Assembly (NCBI GenBank): GCA_015680685.1
Contig: MNCI01000651.1
Location: 1,479,832 to 1,543,831 of the forward strand
From: Gnetum montanum
Lineage: Eukaryota; Plantae; Gnetophyta
Direction of reading: 5' to 3'
DNA: 64,000 bases
In this document: one piece after another, positions 35,745 to 46,351 of the stretch
How positions within the stretch are numbered: the stretch's first letter is position 1
Layout of the letters: each line of letters begins with the position of its first letter
The notes under the pieces: generated by a model
Told to the model about the DNA's origin: nothing
Database searches by the model: none
Seen by the model: only the letters and a program-made list of their open reading frames with translations
Translations under genes and position numbers: made by a program

Positions 35745-38429
35745 TTAGCATAGGTGGCCATCTCCCCCATGACTGAGTTGTAAGGGAGAGATCCGAAATA
35801 GTGAGCGTGGTTGACCGCTAGTAGAAGCGTGACTGGCACTAGCTGGTGCAGATTCACGGAAAAGTTTTGTTTGTTGTACATTAACCAACAACCTTTTATC
35901 CATGCTATCAGGCTTATATATCATCAGGGCGCCGAAGGGAAAGGTAGTATGAATAATGTAAGGTCCTTCCCACAAGGTCTGAAACTTCATACGTTGGGGT
36001 ACATGTGTGGGGTTCCAGTAAAGGACCTTATCTCCTGGTTTATATCTAAGCCTCCGGATCCTTAGGTCATGCCGTTGTTTACTATGTGCTTTGTGCAACT
36101 CATTTAACGACAGGGCAACCAATCGATTCTCATCTAACACATTCAAAGTTGCCAGTCGTTGTTTGTGTGCTAGGTCAAGATCCAGGTGAAATTCATAAGC
36201 CATGGATAGTGTATGAAGCTCACTTTGTATAGGCAGTTTTGGAAGTTTCCCATACACTAGCTCATAGGGAGAATATCCTGTAGGGAGTTTCCAAGTGGAA
36301 CGATACGCCCAAAGAGCGTCATTCAATTTCGTGCTCCAGTCTCGCCTAAATTTGCTAATCGTTCGTGTTAATATTCTGGTAATCTCCCTATTAGTAACTT
36401 CAGCTTGGCCATTAGCTTGAGGATGGTAAGGTGTGGTCAGTTTATGCTCAACCCCTAAGCGTTGCATCAACTTTCTAAAGGTTGCACCTGTAAAATGCGT
36501 TCCATTTTTGGAAATAAGTGCACGTGGTACACCAAATCTATTAACGATTTGTTGCTGTACAAATCGGGCAGCTGTAGATGATGTGCAATCTATTACAATA
36601 GCTGCTTCAGCCCATTTGGTTAAGTAATCCACAGCAACGATTATATATGCTTTTCCGTTGGACATTGGTGTAATCGGTCCCATGAAATCAATCCCCCAGA
36701 TGTCAAAGGGTTCCAAAGGTTGAATCCATTGTTGTGGACCCTCCATCTTAGCAGTCATTCCCCCATCACGTTGGCAGTGCTCACAGGATTGAGCAAAATG
36801 ATGGGCATCCCGAAACAGCGTTGGCCAATAATATCCCGCCAGCAGGATTTTAGTGGCTGTTCGTCTCCCAGCATAATGACCCCCACAAGGGCCCTCATGA
36901 GCATCCTGGAGGACTTTTAATTGATCTTGATCGGGAACACACCATCGAACTAGGCCATCAGAGCAGACTTGATAGAGTTGTCCCCTAATTTCCATGAAGT
37001 ATTTGAGGTTGTGAAGAAACCGTTGTTTCTTCCTAAAGTCTAACTTTTGCGGCATTTGTTGGGAAGTAAGATAGGTGAGAATGATGTTATACCAATTTAT
37101 GTCTGTGGGTTGATTATTTATCACACCAGCAAAGAGGGTTTCATCAGGAAAATGGTTAGATACCATGTATTCGTCCTCTTTGTTGTCCCATGGCAACCGA
37201 GATAGGTGATCGACGATGACGTTCTCGGTGCCCTTGCGGTCTACAATAGTTAAATCAAACTCTTGTAGAATCACTAGCCAACGTATGATACGTGGGCTAA
37301 CCGTTGGCTTATTCATAACAAACCTAATTGCACTATGATCTATGTGGATATATACCTTGTAACCTAATACATAGTGTCTAAACTTATCCAGTGCAAACAC
37401 AACAGCCATTAATTCTTTTTCTGTAGTTGTGTAGTTAAGTTGTGCACCGGTAATGCTTTTACTGGCACAATGGATGTAATAAGTTCGTTTTTGTTCATCT
37501 AATTGTGTTAGTACAGCTCCTAAAGCATAATTGGATGCATCGATCATGATATGGAATGGTCTGGACCAGTCAAGTGCTTGTAGAATGGGAGTTTCCACAA
37601 ACCTTTGTTTGAGAGCCTGGAATGCTTGTTCACACTCCCTGGTCCATTCAAATGGTGCATCTTTCTTTGTTAATTCTACCAACGGTTTGGAAACTTTTGA
37701 AAAGTTCACAATAAACCTCCTGTAGTAGCCAGTGTGTCCAAGGAATGACCTCACGTCTTTAACGGTTTCCGGTTGTCGGGTAATTCCTTGGATGACTTTA
37801 TTTTTTTCTAGGTCAACTTCGATCCCTGATTGTGAAATTTTGTACCCCAACACGATGCCCTCTTGAACCATCAAATGGCTCTTTTGCCAGTTGAGCTTAA
37901 GGTTGGTTTCAACACATCGTTTCAATACTTGCTCTAACCGGTCGAGGGCTTGATCAAAGCTCGTTCCATAGGTGGAGAAGTCGTCCATGAAGACTTCTAC
38001 TCCATTGCCTATTTGTTGTTGAAAAATACTTAGAACTAAGCGTTGAAACGTGGCAGGTGCATTACACAAGCCAAAAGGCATTTGTTTATATGTGAACGTT
38101 CCCCAAGGACTGGTGAACGTTGTTTTGGCTTGGTCTTCTGGTGCAATGCGTATTTGGTTGTACCCGCTATATCCATCCAGAAAACTGTAATAGCGATGCC
38201 CGGCTATAGTGTCTAAGACTTGGTCCACAAATGGCAGTGGGAAGTGGTCTTTGAAGGTTGCCATATTTAACAGCCTAAAATCTATACATACCCTCCATTT
38301 ACCTCCCTTTTTCGGTACGATGACAAGAGGGCTAACCCATTCGCTGTCAGCGATAGGGTAAATGAACCTGGCCTTGAGAAGTTGTTCTAGTTCTTCCTTA
38401 ACAATTTTTTCAGTTTCAGGTTCAATCAC
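35745..38429 (-). CDS. pol: Pol: reverse transcriptase - RNase H - integrase (894 aa open frame; part of interrupted gag-pol)
   Basis: IYPIADSEWVSPLVIVPKK, LDGYSGYNQI, MPFGLCNAPATFQR, EVFMDDF, DASNYALGAVL, NYTTTEKE, HEGPCGGH...CEHC, WGIDFMGP, YHPQANGQAE, WEGPY; no chromodomain and no extra RNase H. Confidence 0.95.
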   Translation of the reverse strand: MIEPETEKIVKEELEQLLKARFIYPIADSEWVSPLVIVPKKGGKWRVCIDFRLLNMATFKDHFPLPFVDQVLDTIAGHRYYSFLDGYSGYNQIRIAPEDQAKTTFTSPWGTFTYKQMPFGLCNAPATFQRLVLSIFQQQIGNGVEVFMDDFSTYGTSFDQALDRLEQVLKRCVETNLKLNWQKSHLMVQEGIVLGYKISQSGIEVDLEKNKVIQGITRQPETVKDVRSFLGHTGYYRRFIVNFSKVSKPLVELTKKDAPFEWTRECEQAFQALKQRFVETPILQALDWSRPFHIMIDASNYALGAVLTQLDEQKRTYYIHCASKSITGAQLNYTTTEKELMAVVFALDKFRHYVLGYKVYIHIDHSAIRFVMNKPTVSPRIIRWLVILQEFDLTIVDRKGTENVIVDHLSRLPWDNKEDEYMVSNHFPDETLFAGVINNQPTDINWYNIILTYLTSQQMPQKLDFRKKQRFLHNLKYFMEIRGQLYQVCSDGLVRWCVPDQDQLKVLQDAHEGPCGGHYAGRRTATKILLAGYYWPTLFRDAHHFAQSCEHCQRDGGMTAKMEGPQQWIQPLEPFDIWGIDFMGPITPMSNGKAYIIVAVDYLTKWAEAAIVIDCTSSTAARFVQQQIVNRFGVPRALISKNGTHFTGATFRKLMQRLGVEHKLTTPYHPQANGQAEVTNREITRILTRTISKFRRDWSTKLNDALWAYRSTWKLPTGYSPYELVYGKLPKLPIQSELHTLSMAYEFHLDLDLAHKQRLATLNVLDENRLVALSLNELHKAHSKQRHDLRIRRLRYKPGDKVLYWNPTHVPQRMKFQTLWEGPYIIHTTFPFGALMIYKPDSMDKRLLVNVQQTKLFRESAPASASHASTSGQPRSLFRISPLQLSHGGDGHLC

Positions 38430-41400
38430 CTCTGGGGTTGTTTGTGAGGTTTCATAGAAGGATCTGTATAAATCCTATGTTGGCATATCCGAGGATCTAT
38501 CCCAGTTAGTTCAGGATACGACCAAGCAAAGGCGGCTGACCACTTGTTTATCACCCTTAGCAAACTTTCTTTTTGCGTGGACACAAGCTTTGCGTTGATG
38601 ATCACCGATTTTTCATTTTTGAGCGTCACGTATTCCAAACCGGTGGGTAACGGTTTCAACTCTAGGGGTTCTTGTTTAAACTCCTCAAGAATCTCCAACT
38701 TCCCCCAATTAATATTTTCGAAGTTAAGGGCTGGAAGTTGGCAGCGAACTTGCTCCAATACGTCTGCGCTTTCAAGGTAAGCACTAGTTATTCCCTCAGT
38801 TAGTTCCATGCAAGTAGTTGGTTTGCTATCTTTATCAGCCATCAGCCACTGAATGTCTTCTCGTTGTGTGGCTATTGTATATAGGCACTTTTATATATTA
38901 ATGTCCTACGCACACCGATTGCATGCAGGCAATGTTAAACTTCGCATTACCCATGATTTCTGCACGCAATGACACCCTGTGTCACTATATGCGATGCATG
39001 GAACTCTTTTCCTCTCAATTTTCCCAAATGTATTTGTCTTGGATATTTCTAGGGAAAGGTTACGAATTTCTAAGCGAGCGTCGATTGTATTTGGCCATGC
39101 CCTTCCCATGATAATTGGGAAATCCCCTTTGTCATTATTTATTTCGATCACTAGGAAATCGGCTGGATATGACCACCCACCGACAGTTGTGACGATGTCT
39201 TCAACCTGTCCCAGAGGAACAGTGATGGACTGGTCAGCCAGTTCAAGGCGGACGTTGCTCTTCTTGAGTGGAGGTAGGTTCTAGGTCTTATACAATTTTT
39301 GTGAGATTAAGTTAACCCCGGAACATAAATCGAGAAGAGCCTTATGGGGTTCATTCCCAGCGACTTGAAGGTAAACTAAGGGGACTCCTGGATCTGATAA
39401 CTTCTTTGGAAGGTGGCCAACTTTGATCCAGTCAGTTACTGTATGCGTTAACATAACTGTGTGCATTGGACGTGATTTCGCTACTGGAAGATTTCCCGAA
39501 ACCGCGTTAGGTGTGGGATTGTTAGGAGGCTCAACTGCTTGTGAGGGCGAAGGCTTAATTGGATTGTTGGTCCTAAGGAAGGATCTTTTTGGTGAACGAT
39601 TGGTAGAACCAACTGAGGTTGAAGGTTTAGGGGCCCTCGCAGTGTTGGGTTGTCGCAGCTAAGTGGGATTTACTCTAGGCCTTGTTGGGGTAGTGGATGG
39701 TGCAACCGTAGGTGCAAGAGATGCGGATGAACTTGGAGGACATCATGGGTATGGGACGTTCCCCGAAGGAGGGGGAGTCCGAAAATACTCCTGAACTTGG
39801 TAGTAACATGGAGGTTTTATGTGACCTATAAAGCTACCTGGAGGAACTGGCTGTTGCACATAATAACCGTAAGGATCAGGCTGCCGGTAAGGGTATTGCT
39901 ATTTTGGCAATGGCATCCCCCATGACTGTGGATATTGCCATTGCTGATGTTGTCTGATGGGCTGAGGTGGAGTTCCACTTGGGTAATACGTTAGTGGTTG
40001 GTGGAACTGCCTTGGGTTACCTTGTGGATAAGGTAACCTTCGGGGTGTTTGCCGTTGATTAAGTCTTGGATTTAATGCATACACCCCAGTCTCCTGCAGA
40101 TGTGAGATAATTGGACAACATCCTTTAGGATGCACATAGTAGCAGACCTCACATCCACTATCATTGTCTGAATTAGAATTTTCAGCCACATCGGAGTTAG
40201 TGATTTTTCCCTTACCCTTGTTATGTGCAGGGCTTAAATCTCTCCTCCTTTTCTTTCCTTTGTCACTACTTTGCTCAACCTTAGACTCTTCTACAATTTT
40301 CAAGACTATTTCTATTTGTGAGTCTAAGGAATCCCACATTTGGTCTACCTTAGCCGATACCTCCGTTGTTAACTTCTGGATCGGCACGGTTTTCCTGTTC
40401 ACCAACTCTTCGAGTGGTGACTCATCCTCCTCATCACAGAATTTCACTCCCTTCTTGCGAAGGGAGGGATCGCAGTTGTATTCTTCCGCACTTTCTCTCT
40501 TCCGTAGCTCACCCTCTTCTTGCGCTACTTGTTCCAACAAGCTTTCAACTTCATGGGCTCTTAGTTGGGAGAGTCTCCCTTAGGCGTAAGTCCCAAGAGT
40601 TCTTCTCATTTCATTCCTTAGCCCATCCACGATGTGGCGAAGTTGATCCCGCTTAGCGTACCCATGGCCCGGGCAACAATGTAACAATGTGTAATAGCGG
40701 GCCATGGCAGCATCCAAGGGTTCATGAGTACCTTGTTTCCAGCCTTGGATCTGCTTCCGCAAGTTGGACACTCTAGAGTACGTTTGATATTTGTTGTTGA
40801 ACAATTCAAGCATCGTACTCCACCTCCTGATGGTTTCCGGTTCTAAGGACCGGTACTAGCTCTCTGCTTCTTTGGTGAGTGTCCTTGGGAACAACTTGAG
40901 CTTCTGCCACTCACTATCAATGTTCTGCAAGGCACAAGCATCGTGGAATGCCTGTAGATGATTTTGCGGATCAGCATTGTATCCCCCTTCAAATCGTGGG
41001 ATATTATTTAGGTCCAAACGCTTGATCCGACTATCCTTTAAATACCTTGTGGGAATCCTAACTGCCTCTGTTATGTCAAGCATACTTCGGGTTGCGAGCA
41101 GGGGTTTGTCATGGTCATCTCTTTCATGACGTCTATGATGTCTACGTGGTGGTTCCCTACTTTCCCTATGTCCTTGCCCTTGTCCTAACTCCTCTCGACG
41201 TTCTTGTCGAGGTATTTCATCTTCCCTTTTACTTTTACTCTCTCCGTTATGCTCACGATGGTTGCGCCCAGATGTGGAAGGAGAGTGTGAATGGTGAGAT
41301 GAAGGAGAAGAGGAAGGGGATCCATCATCATGGCGATGTTTCTTACCTTCTCTTCAGCTGCTTCGGCCCCGATCGTTGTGATGACCCAATTGTCTGTCAT

Positions 41401-41965
41401 TAGTGTGAGTAGTTGTTCCTGCCGTGAACAGTTGGTGCTCATGGGGATCAGGGCCTGTAGCATGTACAGTTGATCGAAGGCCCTGATGCTTTACCTCTTC
41501 ACCAGAGTGAGGAGGAGGAACATCATTTTCTAAGAAACCCATTGTGAGGGGTTCCTCATCTCCTATTTCACTAATGACATGGGGAACCTTGCCCTTCAAT
41601 AATGAATGTTGGCTCTCCTGCCTTGCATCCCGAATACGTTGGGCATTTGTGGGATGATAATCCCTTATGTCATAATCATCCAAAACGTATTCCGCAATCA
41701 GTTCTTGCATGCCAGTCTGTGCTAAGGCACGGAAAAGCATGTTAGGGGCAAATCTATCTGGGGGTAACACGATGTTACCTTGCAGATCTCTCCATCGCAG
41801 TTGTTCATCTTGATGGAAAATAAAAGTAAAGTCAGGGACATACTCATCAGGATGAGTATATGTGACCTTGGATTGTTTAGGACCTGGCTGATCTGGGTTA
41901 TGCGTCTGATGCTAACCTTCTCCTGTGTTGCCCTTAAGTGAGTTAATTTCATGAGAAGAACCCAT
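38426..41965 (-). pseudogene. gag: Gag and aspartic protease of element B, interrupted by stops/frameshifts
   Basis: ATG at 41965 (MGSSHEIN...); capsid-like PRFEGGYNADPQNHLQAFHDAC...KLKLFPRTL, LLHCCPGHGY, CEVCYYVHPKGCCP; protease LSDPGVP...ALLDLCSGVNLI and PIIMGRAW. Confidence 0.9.
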
Positions 41966-42092
41966 TCTAATGGTGTGCTAACTTTCACCGTTATTTATGT
42001 TCTTGATTAACTGATTAACCCTAAGGTTCGTTTAAAGCTCACAACGATGTGAGTGATATCCCTTATGTTCAATTGGCGTGAAAAACACTTAG

Positions 42093-42110
42093 TCCCCAGC
42101 AACGGCACCA
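42093..42110 (-). promoter_or_regulatory. Primer-binding site complementary to tRNA-Asp
   Basis: Minus strand TGGTGCCGTTGCTGGGGA, two C>T changes from TGGCGCCGTTGCCGGGGA, the PBS typical of Athila-lineage elements. Confidence 0.88.
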
Positions 42111-42111
42111 A

Positions 42112-43170
42112 TGATGAGTGGCGAGGTACCCCTACACTCAACCATACGAATACGAGCGTGTACGCGTGATCCGGTCGAACTCCGCAGACTAAATGCCTTA
42201 ACACCACAAGAAACACTTGGGGTTAATTGTTCGTTGTCTTCCCAGGCTTGCTTGTAGGTGTCATGGTGTATGGTTAAGCAAGTCTGAGGTATATGATTTT
42301 TTTGGTATTTTTCAGTTTATCTCCTAAGCTATGAGGGAAAGGGTTGAGAAACTAACTAACTCTAACTAATTTCCTAAGTCTAAATTAACTAGCGTCAGCA
42401 TCCGTTCCCACTTACCGGACACACCCTGAACTATGCAACTGTGGCTACCAAATGCTAATCGTTACTGGGATCACCACACGTAACGCAAGTGCTCAAAGCG
42501 GTCGTACTAAGGCACCTATTTAGCCTAAGTGTGATAAGCAGCCGATTCCTTGGCTAGCTGTACACATCCGTGGATGCTCGTAGCCAAGTCGTACTTATCA
42601 CACGTTCTAGCCTAGCGATGAGCAGCCGATTCCTTAACTAGCCGTACACATTGGACTACCACTGGGATTACCAAGCGCAGATCCTGGAATACGCTACTGG
42701 GTTACCAAGCAGCCAATGCTCGTAGTTAAGTCGTACTCACGCGTTGCGACGAGCAGCCGATTCCTTGATTAGCCGTACACATCCGTAGATGCTCGTAATC
42801 AAGTCGTACTCGTGCGCACTAGGAAAGCAATAAATAACAATGAAATAAAACCATGTACTGCAAGGTTTATCCAATCAAGTTCTTCTTTATTACCGTACAC
42901 AACTTGTGTTCAGGTTACAAAGTTGCTCGAATAAAGAGTCGTTCACTCTAGGACTCCTACTGCGGGCACATGGGAAAAATTCTAACTCTGGAGTGATCAA
43001 TCTGCCAGAGCTTCACTACTTCTAGCCAGGATTGGGAAATGAGGGGAGTGCCGCCTCTTATTTATAGATATGGCGGCGGACCACGATATCGCGTACGCAA
43101 TATCGCGTACGCGATATTGCAGGGGATGCGATATCGCGGCGGCCGCGATATCGCATGTCGCGTCTCATTA
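42112..43170 (-). repeat. 5' LTR of element B (1059 bp)
   Basis: TGATGAG...CTCATTA (one terminal change); aligned to 29153-30223. Confidence 0.95.
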
Positions 43171-45567
43171 GAAAGTAATCAAGGATTTCATGAAAATGAT
43201 GATTAAGATTCAGTTAAGGAAAACTACCAATCAAAAAAATGTTTTACACTAATGAAAAGTATTAAAGTAATAAATATAGAATCATGGAATAGGAAAATCA
43301 AGGATGAAAAGAAAATTTTAAAAGTTTTCTAGAGGAAAGTGATATACTACAAGAAATGAAAATGGTTTGCGAGAAGCTTTTAAGATCTAGAAATGAAAAG
43401 TGATATACTACAATTGATAAAGCAATTCTATACCTTATGGACATGTATGAATCAACCAATAAATCCTTTCATGAAAAATCATCTGGGATATATCATGTAC
43501 ATGTTGCAAAGAATGGAGGATAAATTAGATCATCTTCAAATTAACTACCAAATATAAAAGAAAAAAGAAAGAAGCATTAGAATAACTTTGTCAAGACTAA
43601 AAATCAATATCATGAATAAAATATAAAACTTTGTAAGTAGTCACAAAGATTCATGAATAAGTTATGGAATTCATCTTTGAAGGTCAACCCAAAGTATCCT
43701 CAAAAGAAGCCCTAATCTTTCAATCCATCTTATTAAAATCCAAGATAGTTTAAAAGAGTCAAGTGGAATAAATTCCATCTTGTATTATTATTAGAATCAT
43801 TTTCAAGAGAAAAAAAGAATAAAAAATGAATCTCTCATGTTTACAAAACATTAAAGTGTACAATGAAGAAATTTCGAAGGATAAAATTTAATTAAGAAAA
43901 ACATAAAATTATACTTGTATAAATTGAATTTCCAAAGTGCAAAGAACATATCAACTAGGGCAAACCCTTATCAAGTGGAGATTGTACAAGAGTGAATTTC
44001 CCATCAAAATTGTGCGTTGTTGAGCTCAAATCTACAAGCACAAACATGAATCCTAAAAAGAAGGATAATTTTGAGGTGATTCTTAATAGAAAGGAGACAT
44101 TTGTAACCCAACAACTTAGAAAATCAAGGAAGAATTCAAAATAGATAAGACCATCATCTTCATCAAGAATTATCTATAATTAATGGTTAAGCTAAAAATT
44201 TAATAGCAATTTGAATAAATTGAAATAGAAGTATATGCAGTTACAACTTTACCACTTAAAGACCTAATTTCAGATGGTGACTTGCTACAGGCTCTCAAGT
44301 CATACAAAGATGGGTTATTTGAGCTCTTCAACGAAGGTAAGTCCATGCATGTTCCTACCAATGAAGAAATTATATGATTTGTATTAGAAGACAAAACTAT
44401 GTATTTTTCCTTTGTCAATACATGCAATGTAGTTAGAGATTATTTGACATGAGTGTTTCTATTAGAGAAAGTCTATCTAGAGAATAAGGATACCACTTTT
44501 GTAAACATCAATACTCTAAATGAACCCATGAAGTCTATTGTAAGGGTTTACAATAACTGGATTGACTATTTAGAGTACACAATTTCAATTTAGTGGAGTC
44601 TTCTAAAGTATCTATTCTATAGTACAACTGGATATGAATTTTTATTCATTATTTTTACAAAGCCCTAGTCAATATCAAGAAAGGTGCCTTATCTAGGTTG
44701 TCATTTTGGTATTTTTTATTCACATATGAAAAAGGTTGTCTATCACTAGAGTAGCCTCAACTCTACCAATCAACCTAATGATTTCTATTCTTTTATCTAA
44801 GACTGAAGTAAGAAACTTCAACAATTTAGAAATTGCGAAGTCTAGATCAAGTCCTATTATTTCTACAAAAGCAGTTGTCTCAGTCCCTCAAACTAAATAA
44901 ACTTCATGAAGAAGAAATTAGAAGAGAATTGTTACATCTACTTTCACTGCAAATACAACGAGGAAACTTTAGAAGATTGAATGGAGCAGTATGACAATGT
45001 CCAAGGGCTAGACTAAGAACCCATCTTTAGAACTTAAGGTAGAACATGAAAGGAAGAGGAAGTTGCAAGATATGTTATTCATTAACCCAACTCCTATCTA
45101 TGTTAATGACATGAATGAAGAAGATTATGTTGGTCTAGAGATATCTCATAAAGATGTTGTTAAGGAGAGCTGGGATTTATTGTAGGCCACAAAGAAGACA
45201 CATGATATGCATGCCTATTTGAAGATGCTATGATTGAATATTCAGAAAATGTTAGCTCATAATTACTCACCTCCAATCAAAATCCCATAAGTTCATGAAT
45301 GCCAGATCAATAAAGAAGTATAGGAAAACATCTTCAAGTTAGTTACCATAGTAATATAAGACCTTAATTTAGACTTATTCTTTAAGTTCATTTCTCATAT
45401 TTTTCTACAAATTCGTTAGTGAAGGGAAGTTTATTTACATGTGTATATATTATTTCATGACTAGCCATCATGAGGTGAATATGCACTATTGAACAATTAC
45501 ACTAATCAAATTCTAACTAAAATGCCAAATGAATTTATGAAACTAATGCTTGCAAAGAAGTATTAAA

Positions 45568-46351
45568 CCTTAAGCAAGTTACAATGCTCAATCATTAGTT
45601 TTGTCATCTTGGATGCTGATTTGTGTGTCTATCCCAATTCGTAATTAAAGTCATAAAGTTATAACCTTTGAGCATGAACAATCATGACCATCCTTACAAA
45701 ATAAAAGGGAGGCATCATTTGAGTTATGAAAAGATATAATTGAAGAATAACATGTATGATATATAACATAGAATTTAAAGTAAGCAAGAATATAAGTAAT
45801 TGATATCCAATGAAGAGGAGGAGGAAGAAGAAGGGTAAGTCAATAAATTGTCAAATGTCATAAGGAAAGAAGAACACCAATTTGTGATGATCAACCATCG
45901 TAACCCATGACAAACTTCATAACTAAATAGCCAAAGGTGTTATCGAGTATCATTGGCTAGAGAAATGTAGGCACCAAGTAAATAAAACTATGAAAAAAGT
46001 CAAGATCCACTTTCCTAAAGAAGAAGAGAAGATCCAAGTTGAGTCAAGCATGAGTTTAATCTAGTTTCTTAAATAAGAAGAGAAGATCACTCAAGAGGCT
46101 TCTTTGAAGTAAAAAAGATGCTATAAGTATAGCTAAGTTGCACACATAGTTTATACATTAACCAATTGACCAAAGATAACAAAAGTCTCCACTTTAAGAG
46201 TAACAATCAAGTAGTAAATTAATGTAATTTATGATATTCATAAAGATTCTTGAGTAAATTTTTTTAAAGAAAATATTAAATTGAGTAGTTATTAAGTTAA
46301 GATCCTTGACTAAATTAGAGTTATCTAATGATGTAAAATCAAACTCTAACA
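45568..46351. repeat. Copy 2 of the ~0.8 kb direct repeat
   Basis: Colinear match to 28330-29121 as listed above. Confidence 0.8.

Larger units (their letters stand above)
29153..43170 (-). mobile_element. Young full-length Ty3/gypsy LTR retrotransposon, Athila-like (element B), with a nested solo LTR
   Basis: LTRs 29153-30223 and 42112-43170; TSD GAAAG at 29148-29152 and 43171-43175; PBS 42093-42110; PPT 30224-30236; near-intact gag-pol. Confidence 0.96.

Noticed and set aside
34861-35881. Long ORFs in the ORF track spanning 35.0-35.7 kb
   Set aside because: Artefacts of the N gap (35023-35719).
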